From: Phallusia mammillata
Lineage: Eukaryota
DNA: 64,000 bases
Assembly: GCA_965637545.1 (NCBI GenBank)
Contig: OZ281501.1
Location: forward strand, 15,252,001-15,316,000
Reading direction: 5' to 3'
The translations under genes were made by a program, and so were the position numbers. The notes beneath the pieces were generated by a model, which saw only the letters and a program-made list of their open reading frames with translations, did no database searches and was not told the origin of the DNA. This document shows, one piece after another, positions 12,213-25,330 of the stretch (its first letter is position 1; every line of letters begins with the position of its first letter).

Positions 12213-15200
12213 CTGCGTGAGATGTTTATTGCAGACTGTTTTAGTTTAGATATGTAAAAGGTTTATGATGAAAACCTGATAATTGAATTGTAAGACAAGT
12301 TAGATAACACGTTCGTTACTTTTGCCCCATTTACACTGTTTAGATCAGGGGTATCCAACACGTGGCACGCGTGCCAAACGTGGCACGTAGAGCATTTGAA
12401 AATTGCACGCGAGCTTTTGCACATTCAGATCCTTGCCATAGGCGTACAGCTTCAAAAAAATGCCAGAGGTGCGACTTTTGATCAATAGCGCCGATACCTA
12501 TACCATGACCAGTATATATATACCCGTACGATACTTGTGCGGTATGCAACTATATACCTTTTGTGTGTTTTAGCATGTAGTTTCTGTCACATTATATTGT
12601 AAACAGTCACTTGATACATTTCTTTGTGTGGTTGGGGTGTTTGCTGTGCGTCTAATAACCTATGCACATGCTGAAAAGACGATTTGCCGAACCAGTCATT
12701 TTAACAACGATTTTGTTTTTTAAGAACTTGTTACGCAGGAAGTAAAATAAATCCAATTCACGTTTTAAATATAGCTGACCGTGTATCGCTGACGCCTAAA
12801 CTTAGGCCATCTTGAATCAAGTTTGGGCCGTTGCAGTGCTTTGCAAACGGACATTGAACACGGCTTAGGAATCGGTAATGCAAACCTACATAACAACATC
12901 TAAAAGCGGCTATAAACCCTTTGCATTGTTTAATGTTGGCCCATGGAATTTATTAACAAAAAATTACAATTATTATTGTTTCAGAAAGTTATTGCACCAC
13001 ATAATACCAAAACGTTAGTGAACGCGCCATGTTTATGTCGTAATAAAATGCCCGTTTATTTCGAAATAATTGTAATTGTTGCGTTTCAACAAATGTGTGT
13101 TCAATTAATTACGTGACTACAAACGCATTTGTATTTAGTTGGAAAAACATTTTAAACCGACGTAACTTGAGTTTTTGACGCACACAAAGTACTCCAGTGC
13201 CCCATATTTTTCTAACCGTTTAGTAGGGTTCTACATATTGGCCAAATATTCAGATTGAGCCCGTGCCGTTATGACGTTATGACGGGTTAAGACATGGTTT
13301 GGAAAAAGAACCAAAGGCTGGCACGCGAGTATATTTTCGAACGCGGTGTGTTCGAGTTGGACACCCCTGGTTTAGATTAAGCCGACAAGGCAACGGATTT
13401 TTTTATCAAAGGTAGTTGGCACACACATGCCGTTCACAAGCACACTTTCTGCAATTGAATTACAAAACAAAATTTCATGACAGCGATGCGGCAGTTTTCT
13501 TCAGCTATTTTGTGATGGTTTCACTCTTGCTTGCTTTCGTAGACAAAAGTTTTTAACCAATTAATCCGTAAACCAAGGGTCGGCAAACTGTTGCATGCAG
13601 CGGGCTAAAACCAAGATTTGCCAAGTCGGGGCGGGTCGTATGATTTTTTACGTTTGAATTGCGTTCAATTCTAGTCATGTTGTTTGAACTATCGAATACA
13701 GCTTAATTAGATGGGTTAGGTGATGTTTATTTGGCAAAGCATCTCAAAAATAACATGTCAAAACTGGACGAAATTTAGTCATTTTACGTTACCTTCGCTA
13801 ACCTTTTCTTGACACTTATATTACAAAAATTGGATTTAAGGCGATAAAGCTGACCACAACAATTATAAATACATATAACCAGTCGCGACCATGGCTGCGA
13901 AAGTTTCTGTAATTTTGGTCGCCGGGCATTGAACTGTTTTTTGTTGGTCACGCTACAAAGTGTTTCCGGCCCCTTAATTTAGGGCACTTGGAACGCTTTC
14001 GCAACCAAGTTACTTGCACTTGAACTTACTTATGTTGAGTTGTTTTCTCCTTGCTTTTTGGGGTACTTAAACGCGCTTGTTTCCGCTTGTACATTATATT
14101 TTTACTGATGGGGATATTGCTTTTAAAAAAAACATCTGTTTAACTTATTAAAATAATCTTCCACATCGCTGGCGATTAGGTTTTTACTATTTAGGTCCGT
14201 GGCTTGTGTCCTAGGAGTTGTTTGTTTGTTAGAATAACGATTGTGATAAAACAATAACATAGAGGTTGATAAAAAGGCAAAGACCAAGCGGAATTAACAA
14301 CCATGTTGTTCCTCAATATAACGTGGGCAGTTTCTGAAACGGTAGCTGGCCGGATAACTTTACTTGACAGACCTGATCCGAGGGCCGTGAGTTGCCGAAC
14401 CCTGGCGTAAACTTCAGATTCTTGCAGTAGCATTAGCGTGAGGCGAATATTTGTGTTGTCTGCTTCTTAATGCATGTTGACCAAAATTATATTCTGGTCG
14501 TGGTTTGCATTAGAGTTCACATTTGTTTAAATTGATCAACCGGCGATGAAAAAATATCGAGTCACAGTCTAATGGCCGCGATCACGATTTGGTAACCACT
14601 GGTTCGGTTGTTTATTGCAAACTGAGCACAACTAACCGTGTGCACATAAAAAACGGTTTTGGTTTATTCAAACATTTAATTTTATAATTAAAAGCGGGTT
14701 GGATCACTCACCTGTGGTAAAGTTTGCAATTTTGTCGAGGTAGGTGTTGATTAGATAATAGTTCTCCATGCGAATAAAGTTTTCGCGTTTGCTTACCAAC
14801 CGCCTCATCGCTATCTCAGCGTCCCGAGATTCCTGATCGAAATTTTTGCACGACTTGCATGCCGTGACAACGTATATCTAAGATGTAGCTGACCGCGTTA
14901 AATTGTGAGCAACATTTACTCAAAAGCAAAACATTTCTGCAATTGCAACAAATAGGCAAAATGTATCTATGCGTTTATATGCATATTTAGGCAATTATTT
15001 GAATATGATGGTCTTCTATTGTTTCTCGGTTAACTTTTTCTATATTCTAAACTCAAATCATCCAATCCTAAGTTGTTTACTGCTTATTTAAGAGCTAGAC
15101 TCGCTCAGTATTGAAATGTGAAAAATAACTTTCCACTCGACTACAAGTTGTTCGCCCACCGGCTTTAAAATCGCTAAAAAATGAACAAAAAAAAACCCTC

Positions 15201-18200
15201 CCAAAAACAGTTTGCACAAACTTTGAAACACAAATTTTTAAACTGGTCACCTCGAGAACATGACCAAATTCAATTAGCATCGTAGTTCTGGTATGAAACG
15301 GATTTTCTCCTTCATTTGTTTTTCCTGCATGAAACAAATTACCTAATTATGCAACGTTTTAAGACAAATTTTGAGAAATAACTGATGCAACATATTTCTT
15401 TGACCTTTTAGTAAAAAGTTTTGATGCCATACTCTTTTTCTGATGTTTTAAAAGAAATGCCAATACCTAGTTTTGTAGTGACCTTATTAATGACTTGCAT
15501 TACTAAACAATAGTTGTTTAGTTTCAATGACGAGAAACAAACAAACAATGCAAAACTACTTACCATCTGTAAATAAAAAGAAATGTCGTTCCTTGTCGGG
15601 ATCATTGCGAAAGCTTATTACCAATTGTTTGCGAATTTCCTTTAGCGCTATGTTAGTTGCCGTGCAACCTCGTAATATTTCGCTAAAAAGTCCTGCAAAA
15701 AATACATTTTTCTGAAACACAACAAGTCTTACAAAGAAAATTGGCAACTACAGCGCGTTCAACCATGATCCACCAACTGTTTTGCGGTCCAACATCTTTC
15801 ACCATTGTGTAGCATTTCTCTGCTTAGTGGTTGTTTTGGTGCTATTGTTTCGCTAGATTCTCGTTTACTAAACGAAATAAAACTTATACAACTTAACCTA
15901 TGAATTTCTCACCGCTTCTATAGTCCCGTAGACAATCATCAAGTTGTTCAAGAACAGCTGTAGAGTTTTGTTCATTATCTTGTAAACGAATCCTCGCTTC
16001 GAAATCACTACCAAACACCATTAATCCATAATTGATGCTAGCTTGGTCATAATTTGAAAGCTACAAAGGCATGTTACAGTTAATTTAGTCGTTTTTATGT
16101 GCCGCTTTCGAATATTTAACGATCATACCCTTTGTACTAAGTTCTTTGCAAATGCGATTGCGTACATAAACTGGACATCTTTAATACTGTCGGACGCATC
16201 AAATATGAAAGCAATTTCGTGGTGTTTGCTCTCCGTCGTGGAAATCGAACGTCCAAATCCACGCTGAGGGAGGGCTGCAACACTTCCAGCAAGTTTACGG
16301 AGCGAGTCGCTTGCACTGTCTGGGTACCTAGGGTCTGTTAATTGTATAATCACAAGTTAGAAATACTATACTCATGGGTGCCGGCACGTAGCTGCAAGAG
16401 GGGTCAAAAACGAACGAAATCGAGAAATTGAAACCAACGAGTCAAAAAACGAACAAATAGCATCTAAAAAAGAAGAACAGTGCGTAAATGTCATGCTCAT
16501 ATACATTTGTATAAATTTAAAAACGCACATTTTTGGTTGACTGAAGTAAAGAAATGTATTTATTAAAAGATTAGTAGAAAGACATGAATTTAATACACAC
16601 AACTCGCACTGTACGGGATTCGTCAAAGTCATCACCCTCTCTACTTCCGTGAACTGGTACTCCGGGGTCAGGGCATTTACTTGGTTGTCCTAAAGAAGGT
16701 TAGTATTATTTCTTGATTAGTAATCTGATAAAAACGTTTTTACAGTAAAAATTTTTTGATGCATAAAATTTTCATAAAATAGTTAGCAATTCGCGTCAAA
16801 TAGTTAGCAATTAAATACCATGCTACAAGCCTTGTTGAATGTTGGCAAAGTGATAAAGAAAGATTTACAATTAACAAAACTATGTTCTTGATTGGTAAAT
16901 GTGACCTATTTGTTTTCTTATGAGAGGTGTGTGGTAAACGTTTTGTTTAAACTTGCAGACGTTTGAGCTTGCGGAAGTATTTCGAATGAACTACATTCGA
17001 GAACTATTCTTTCCTTTAATAAAATTGGCAGTGATTGCGGATGCACTAAAACGTTTTGAACGAGCTGCACCTGTTGTTGTGTAACAGTGTGTTTGGGATT
17101 GTTGAGTTTGGCAAACATATATTTTTATAGTTACAAACTTGCTCTTGTATAACTTAATTTGGGAGCGTGTTTGCTTTACAAAACATGATTTTAAGTTTGA
17201 CATAAAGAGCCTCATACAAACACATGCACGTTTATAAACTTTGCTGACTGATTAATGCAAGAATATAAGAATTATTTTGCACTGAGAAAAGCAGCAACAA
17301 TTATTTAAAGAGAGCCCGAAAGAATAATTTTATTAAAAATTTGTCGTTCCAAACTAGGTCACACTAAAATATGTACTTTGTCTCGGCCCTCACATCGGGT
17401 AAGGCAATGTTTAAATCTTACCCAACATTTGACATCCCGTCAATAATCCACTCCAACGTCCGTTTTCCATACACGTACGGTTCGCCGCTCCGCTCAAAAC
17501 GTAGCCTGACTGGCAGCGAAATCGCACGGTCGAATTAACAGAGTAAGTACCGTTTCGTCCGGATTCAAGAATTAGATTTCGGCGATCAAGGTGCCTTGTT
17601 GGATCACCACAGAAGATTTCTAAAATTGTTGTTTAAAATACCTAAGTTAAATTATGATTGAAAACTTTCCTAAAACTTGCTTTGGGGTTACATATAGGTT
17701 GTTTCAAAAGTTTGTACCACTTGGACATTTTAGACACCAACCCAACCGTTTAGCCATTTGACCAAACACAACCTCAGTTTGACACACTAAAAATATTGTG
17801 AAATAGAATCTAATGACAGACACATTGGCTAACTTAAGGTTGCAAATTATATTATTGTTTAGTGCAAATCTATGTGATGGAAAGCACAAGTTAAAAAATA
17901 TATAGGTGGATTGATTTACCAATTATAGTGGTACATCTAAAATAGTGTTATTTCACAACATGTTACGTCATAATTACCACATGTCCTCTGCCAAGATTTA
18001 AGCAAACACCAAAAATTACTAAAGCCTTAGTAACCATGCGGCAAGATTTGGATTGTCAAGTAACAATCTTCATTCTTACATCAGGCGTGTGTAATTCTGG
18101 GATCGACCTGTCTGACCTGCAGGGGCATGTTTGTTTCATTATGACGTTTGGTGCCAGCCACGCCCAAAGTTTCAGTTTCAGCTTTTCGCAAAACATACGT

Positions 18201-21200
18201 TTGTGCTTAACTTGGGCAGTTGGAAAGCTTGTTGGTTGGAAAGCTTTAGTTTAACTTGCAAGATTCGTGTTATGTCAGAAAAGGCATTAACTGGAAATAA
18301 CGTTAACGTGTTTACGGTAGGTAACTCATGTAGCTGTTTCATTGCAATGGTAGGGTACTGGTGCTGTAGCATGCGACTGTACAAACCGTGTTAACCAGTT
18401 AACTATTTTAGCAAGTTTTTAACACTGCGTGAAATCATTCTGGTGAATGCAAACTTTTACATTAACTTTAAAGTATAAATGTACTTCGATATGCCAAATA
18501 TGAACATGGATTTTTAGTTTGTTTAAACATGCGCTTACGTTTGGAAAAGCATAGTTTTCGTATGAAATGGAATATTTTACATGTACGCCATTGATCGCGT
18601 AAAATGTGTGTCAGTTTTAATTCAGAAGCTTTCTTAAGATTTACATTTAACTTAAATCTTTGCTTCTGTCAGTCATTAAAGTGAAAAGAAAAATTCGTGG
18701 CATTCAAGGTGGACAAAAAAAAATGCTTCCTAGAATTTTCGGATTTTACCCAATATGTCACAATCAGTTCTTTGAAAAGAGCCAAAGAACACATTCAGGT
18801 AATCTTTTCGTAAAGTACAGGTGCATTTTCAACACAGCAGTATTGTGACGCCACAAACACATAGTTAGTGTAATTGTGATTATTATCGTTGATTTAACAT
18901 TAAACTCGTAGTCAAGCTTTATCGAAACTAAACTATATTGATTGCCTGCGTGGATTTCGTTAAATACCTCACGCTTTTAATTTCTCTTGGCCTGTAAGTA
19001 GCTGTTAATATACTTACATGTTTTTCTTTTTGGTGATAAAAACATGGTATAGAGCTAGGCCAAATCTATAAATCAACATACACTTTCTGCTCCAACCAAC
19101 CTTCACATATCACTGGATCTCCATACCATTGACCGGAACCTGAACATTTGTGTGCAGCGTCTCCACTTGCCAAGTAGTAGCCGGAATCACAAAGATAGTT
19201 GGCAATCCGGTTTACCCGTCATCTGTGTATTCGACTCTTGTGTGTGTCCTAGATGGCGCAGCGGAGCAATTCACATCTAAAACATGCTCATTAAATAAAC
19301 ATGTTTAAAACAACTGCATCGGGATTTGAAACGTCTCTTACGTCTGGTTTTTAGTACAATTTTTATCTCAACACCATCGCCCACAGTTATACCATTAAAC
19401 CAACACAATATTTTATAACTTCTTAAAACAGTTTTAATCAAGTTTTTTTGGCTTGTTTTTTAAATCTCATATTTTCGTTACGTGATTATACCTCTAGTTA
19501 AAGGTTGTGTTTAAACCAGAGAGTCGAACGCGCCGACCGGTTTGAGCGGTTTACTTTATTAAACCTGAATGGAAATTACAATTTTAGTAACCTCCTATCC
19601 GGAGTCGAACCCTATATTTTGTTTAGTGTTGAACCGAACCCGCAAAAATGTAGCCTGTTTAATCTTTCGTGATATTTTTTTCAAAGCAGCGTAACGAAGA
19701 ACAGCTAGGGTGTGTCGAAACCAACGTACTTGAAGCTTGTCCGCAGACACGGTTAAAAACAATGCTATATAGATAATGGATAATAATAAAAAAGGGGGGA
19801 TTGTAATAGAAAAACCGCAAAGGTAATTTGCCCGAACCGGAAATAACCCGAAAACACCTGAATCAAAAGCAACACAAAATGAACCAGAACCCCTAAAACA
19901 AGCGGTTCGACTCCCTGGTTTAATCAAATATATTGGAAATTTCAAGTTATGTATACTTGTGTAGCAACGGTTACTTGTTTCTTTGTTTGGTGTATTTTAT
20001 ACCCAAACATTTCAAAATTCATAGAACCTAATGACTTTAATGTTGACTTACGGGGGTCGACACACTTTCTTCCACATGGACCATCACACATGCATCTCTG
20101 CGTGCCAACACAATCTTCATCTGTGACACAATCTTCTCCACAAGTCAGATTGTAGAGTGTTGCACTGTAGCTATCAGGTCGACACTTAACTGCAACAACA
20201 GAGCTTAATTTGAACGCATGGTTTTTTAAGGTATTTTTTTATTATTTTGCCTTGAATTGAGTTGGGTCTTACACCAAGCGAAATATTAAAACGTAACGTA
20301 AACGCAGTGATGAACCGAGTCGGATTTGTATAGGTTTTGCCAAATCAACTAAATCATCTATGAAGTCGTACGCTACGTGTTTATAGTAAACAAGTTTAAC
20401 TATCAGGCAACCAACTTAGTTTCATTATAAATTAACTCTCCAGCTATTTCATAATGACTTTTAGTCGGATGGAGGCAAAACGATAAAGTTTTAAAGATCT
20501 TAAATTGAACGCGATTTTAATTTTTGCGTAGTTGGAAACATAATTGAGTTCCCTATTAAGCAGAAAAGACGCGTGTCACGCTTTACATTTGTGTTCGTAT
20601 CAAAATCGGTTTGGGCCCAAACGAATGTTCGCGAAAAAGATTGATTCGGCCAAAAAATGTACATCACAAGTATAATAGGCCATTTATTACTTCATCGTAA
20701 AGCAATGTAAATAAATTGGTACCTTGTTACATTGACAGTGCAGTGTAGCACATCCAACTAACATTACTATTCTTTTGCAAGCCTTCGTAAGAGTGTAACG
20801 TATTTTTACCTGTACAGCGCACTTGAGCATCTGTCCACCTTTTGCGCGAAGTACATCGAATTTGAGGACCGATTGAGACCATGCCGGCGGGGCAAGAATA
20901 TTCAACAAAATCATCAAACTGAAAATAGTCTGTCACCCGGACCACGGAATGGTTGACGAAACGATAAATCTTGAATCCAGTGCTTCCGTGTGCCATCGGT
21001 GGATTTCCTTCGCACTCCAAATCTGTGGATTAAAGAATGGATGAAAACTTTAACTGCCAGAAATTCACGTAAGCTCGCTAATTACATTTTATCCGGAACC
21101 AACAATTATTACCATCTTGATAATTTCACAAAAAAAAAATACACTGGTAAGTTTCATTGACATTTTGTTTAATTCGTTTGATAGAAGACTAGTTGTATTT

Positions 21201-22711
21201 GAACTTAGCAAAATTATAGTAGTAGGCCTATTTGTGGTTTATGTCACTTATCAACGAATTTAGTTATAGATTTGTGCACTTTTGAACTATTCATTAAATT
21301 TGGATCCACAGTTTTGTTCAAATGCACGTAATACACAGACTACGGTATGGTAAAGCAACAAAATAACAGGAGCCGTTATCGAAGTAATTGGTAGTTTGCC
21401 CGATTGTTCAAAGCAAAAAGATACTTACTTGGATTAAAACAGGACATCCCACAAAGACTGTCACACCTGCAACGCTTCTTTTTTCTGCAATCAAAGTCGG
21501 TAGTGCAAGGTTTTCTACAGTCTTGTCCTGTAGCTTGAGCCGCATCAGAATCACGCTGAGGGCATTCCCCTACATATTGATCGATTTAGGGGTATAAACA
21601 TGAATTGACATTCAGCATCTAAAAGCTGAAATTCACACAGATCTGAGTTTTACAGAAGCCTTCTCTTTTAAAGACGTTTAATTAACAAAGATTGGGAACT
21701 AAAACAGGCCGGTAAGCTGCCGCAAAACCATGAATACACAATAAAGAATGAATACGAGTCAAAGAACATCATAAACTGACAAGCTTGGATTTAAGATCTA
21801 ATTCTTTAACTTGTTACAAAATAGACTTTAGCAATTTGTAAAATATTCAACATTTAATATATTTAACAATTATGCTAAAATTTAATAACAAGCATAGCCA
21901 AAATCTTGTTTTTGTGCAAACTCAATTAGCCCTTCAATAATTTTGAAATCTTACCAAAAATGCACAGGAATCTACACATGATTCGAACGTACGACCTTGC
22001 GACTAGAAAGCAATTGCGCTAGTCATTTGTACTTCATGACCGGAATATATGTATTTTTTCGTACTTTAACTTGTAATTTGTTAAAACATATCTAAGTGTT
22101 TTTGTACTCACCGCATCTCGCGTATTCATAGCTTTCATCTTCGTTGTTAAAACAGTCGTTCGTTCCGTCACACAACTGTTCATCGTCGAGACAAATGTCA
22201 CCAGGGCATTGAAACCGACCATCACGACATAAGCGTGAGCCTTGTGTTGCTGAATAAATTTAACCCATTAGGTAAGTGGTTTGGCAAAATACAAATTTTT
22301 GGCCGATACACACAATAATTAGTGTTTTTGTTTATATATTCCTTGCAAGCATACGTTAATGTCCAATTCAGTTTTTTGTGTGTGTCATATATTTAATTGA
22401 ATAAGGCACTGACAATGCCTATTACTTAGGTAAAATAAATATGTCTAAATAAAACAGTAGACGCCCCAGGGTTTTTCATTCTGTTATTATATGCGACTGT
22501 GTCGTACTGAGTCTCTGGTGACTCGTGATTTACAGTATACTACACACAGTTGATCTTTTATGTACAAATTGTACCGTAAAAACACTACAAATAGCTATAC
22601 ATACAAATTTTTTGTGTACAAATTGTACCTTTATAGCGCTACATATTAATATGATGTTCACTTACATATGACACAAAGAGCAAGAACTGCAAGTGCCAGA
22701 GGGCTATGCAT
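8239..22711 (-). CDS. Gene A: complement factor B/C2-like mosaic protease (signal-LDLa-WAP-CCP-WAP-CCP[frameshift]-CCP-CCP[truncated]-vWA-serine protease); possibly a partial pseudogene
   Basis: Exons: 22711-22666 signal [16 protein letters not shown]; 22249-22112 LDLa; 21569-21429 WAP; 21022-20810 CCP; 20189-20052 WAP; 19276-19101 CCP (176 nt); 17619-17422 CCP; ~16690-16600 half CCP; vWA 16334-16129, 16060-15913, 15692-15564, 15324-15251, 14877-14712; protease 12212-12067, 11647-11524, 11442-11300, 10856-10634, 9485-9338, 8969-8822, 8406-8239. Splice phases chain correctly apart from the two damaged exons. Confidence 0.88.
9905..10419. mobile_element. hAT MITE in a gene A intron
   Basis: TIR CAGTGGTTCTTAACC / GGTTAAGAACCACGG. 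TSD CTCCAAGG at 9897-9904 and 10420-10427. Confidence 0.88.
12346..13369. mobile_element. Non-autonomous hAT element in a gene A intron
   Basis: TIR CAGGGGTATCCAAC / GTTGGACACCCCTG. TSD GTTTAGAT on both sides. Confidence 0.9.
14712..16334 (-). CDS. Gene A von Willebrand factor A domain (5 exons) with intact MIDAS
   Basis: GFGRSIS...[10 protein letters not shown]; GLMVFGS; [10 protein letters not shown]; FFLFTDG|KTNEGENP; IYVVT. All GT-AG with consistent phases. Confidence 0.92.
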
Positions 22712-23940
22712 AATTCGTGGACTCCAAATTTTAACAGCTATAATAGGTTTCAGATTTCGAATTTACACTTTTAGAAAGAAATGCGTGTTTAACTCTCGAA
22801 AAATATTTGAAAGCTTATTAAACTTAGCCAACGATTTACATGAGAATCGAAACATAGGTATCACAAGACCACCGTATTGATTTCAATGCGGCGTCTGTTG
22901 TGACCCGGAAGCCTGACTGCAGGAAGACTATTCTTAAGTCATGGAATATTCACCAACGGGGCAACAGAAAGTTGTGTATAGTTTTTGACGTTTTATTGTT
23001 AGGTAATGAGTAACAGTTAAAGTTCTTTTGTTTCATCAGGTAATATAATCAAATAGGCGTCTCAAAATTGTTTGTTATAACAAGTAATCTTTTAAATTTC
23101 TTTATAATATTTGTTTTGACAAGTAAATATTTTTAATTTACATTCCAATGTTACACTTCATTACTGCATCTTTCTCTAATTTCTCTAACACGGGTTGTCT
23201 TAGATGCCATCAATCCCCTTCTCGGTATCGATGTCCTAACGTAAACCTTATCCTTTAGCGTGAGTCCTCTCTATATACCGCTTGCAGAAACCGTGTAGCT
23301 GCAGCGCCCTAATCATCCACCAAATGTGCCTTCTACTTGTCACGCTTTATAACGTCTAGTCTTTGCGAAGCTTGGTAAATGTTTCTGCGCAAATGTACTG
23401 CTCTAATTTGTTCACTTGGCAAAATAAACTCAACTCATAGTACACGTCTACTAACAAGTTTTTAGCAGAGGAAACTTATACACCTTACATCACGCTTGCT
23501 TCCGTTTGTACATCACGCTTGCTTCCGTATAACGTCTAGCAAGATTACCTAAAGACTTGCAGCACGAACAAAATGGCTGCATCTAACTTTTGGATGTAAA
23601 CCTTTCCCCTTTTAGGAAAAATTGCAATCCTTTACCGCATAAGTTACCTTCACTAATCTAGGGTACCGTATGCTTATTACACCTTAACTGGGGAAATCAA
23701 ACTTTTCTTGTTGTTTTTGGTTTCTCATGACAAATGCCACCGATACTTGATACCAGAAGGTATTTGATTTTTTCACCCACACCAATTTCGTCTGAAGCTA
23801 GTCAGTCTGGCACCAATGACGCACAGCCAACCACACATTTGGCAACTGGACAGGTGCAATAGGCACGACAGGAAGTTCTTTAAAATATTTTAAGTGCATT
23901 CACAAATATAATAGAGTTTCGATTTAAGTCCTCAACGCGA

Positions 23941-24185
23941 ACAAAACATATTACCTCGACAACTTGATTGGGTTCTTTTAATATAGTTTTTGTAGAGTTT
24001 TAACAGACTTACTAACACAGGAGACGGTTCTTGGGTTGACATTCCATCGTTTGGTTATTTTGCAGGTATATGTGACAGAAATCTGATATCTTATGCTGTA
24101 AATCTTATAACCGTTTCGGCATATGTAACTGACTCTAGTTCTAGGAAGGTGATATCCATGATTTTCACGAGGGTATGTGAACGTT
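23941..24185 (-). pseudogene. Decayed, deleted copies of the two CCP exons at 38080-38579
   Basis: YPRENHGYHLPRTRVSYICRNGYK...RWNVNPRTVSCV vs [24 protein letters not shown]...[12 protein letters not shown]. First Cys and acceptor are lost, and only ~20 nt of the next exon's 3' end remains at 23955-23974. Confidence 0.85.
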
Positions 24186-24199
24186 TCTTTCCACAAATT

Positions 24200-25330
24200 T
24201 TTGATACAATTACTTTAAACTCAAGGCTCCTTTAATTGTTTCCGATTTCTGGAAAAGGGATTCATGCGCGCAGTATGGATCGCATGATGATGCTTTTGGG
24301 CGTTTGAAGTACATAACCGACAAAAGCCAATCAGAACTTTGATTTAGTTTACAGGGATAAACAATGTACCAGTTGAAAGTGGATTTATCAAAGTGGTATA
24401 ATACACATGTGCGAGTGTATACAATACAGCAACCCAACCGTACGACTTTTGCACATTGACTGACCGCATATCATGTAAAAACAATATTAGCGATTTGCTT
24501 ACCGATAAAAATCTTCTTGCAGCATTTCGCAATTCAACCCATTTTTTTCATTTCCACATGATTTCATCAAATTCTGTGTTTCAGCTATAAAAAGCAACTT
24601 TACTACACAACGTAAACATTTTTTCCACATCAATCGCAATTGTTTTTCATTGGTTTGTTTTCAAAACTGCAAAAAAACTTTTCCACCACCTTTTCAATCC
24701 AACTGTTGACACTAAAATGCTGCAAAAACACTCAGCAAAACGAACTTCCATTTAGTGCGCGGGTCTTGCAGGATAATAAAAATCAACGTAGTTTGCCGAT
24801 AGCATAAAGCGCGAGTCGGGCACAAAATTAAGATGTTTTAATTATGCAAGTGACTTGACGTTATGCAGCCTCTTTTTCAATTGTGTTTTTTAAGTGAAGT
24901 GTGTTAAACTCGATTGGCGTTCGTTTTATCAACGACTAAATTATATTAATTAATACTAAAATGTTCATGAGGTTTTGTTGCCTTAATGCAATTGCGCTTG
25001 CTGTGCGGTACATTTTTGTCGACCAAACTGGGAGAACATGGAATCATGATTTGTTTATAGCACCACATGCAGTGACGTAAATCTCCTAAACAACATGTGT
25101 ACAATAGTATGATTGTCGGATCACTGACTGCACAAATGTAGTTGTAACACCAGAAAAACGCCTCATAATATACAGCCTTGATAAAGAAGTAGGATGTTTA
25201 TTCAACTATTTATTTTTTACGAATCGTAAGTTTTTGTTCTGCGTCACGCGTATGACTGATTCGATATTTTTTATGTCAAAAACATTGTATATCCCCACTG
25301 CAAAAATAGGCTTAGATATAATGTGTGGTT
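24200..25330 (+). repeat. Dispersed repeat family F (about 1.1 kb)
   Basis: Colinear with 57745-59255 and, inverted, with 1865-2235. No termini identified. Confidence 0.8.

Noticed and set aside
13577-14600. Possible hAT element (CAAGGGTCGGCAAAC...GGTAACCACTG)
   Set aside because: Ends only weakly match and there is no TSD.
16918-17118. ORF with a CAG|GT site between two CCP exons
   Set aside because: No domain signature, and the flanking exons join in phase without it.
18030-18850. Cys-containing stretches in a gene A intron (KQTCPCRSD; KCTCTLRKD...TDCDILG), faintly NTR/TIMP-like
   Set aside because: No acceptor that gives an open, phase-compatible exon, and in-frame stops are adjacent.
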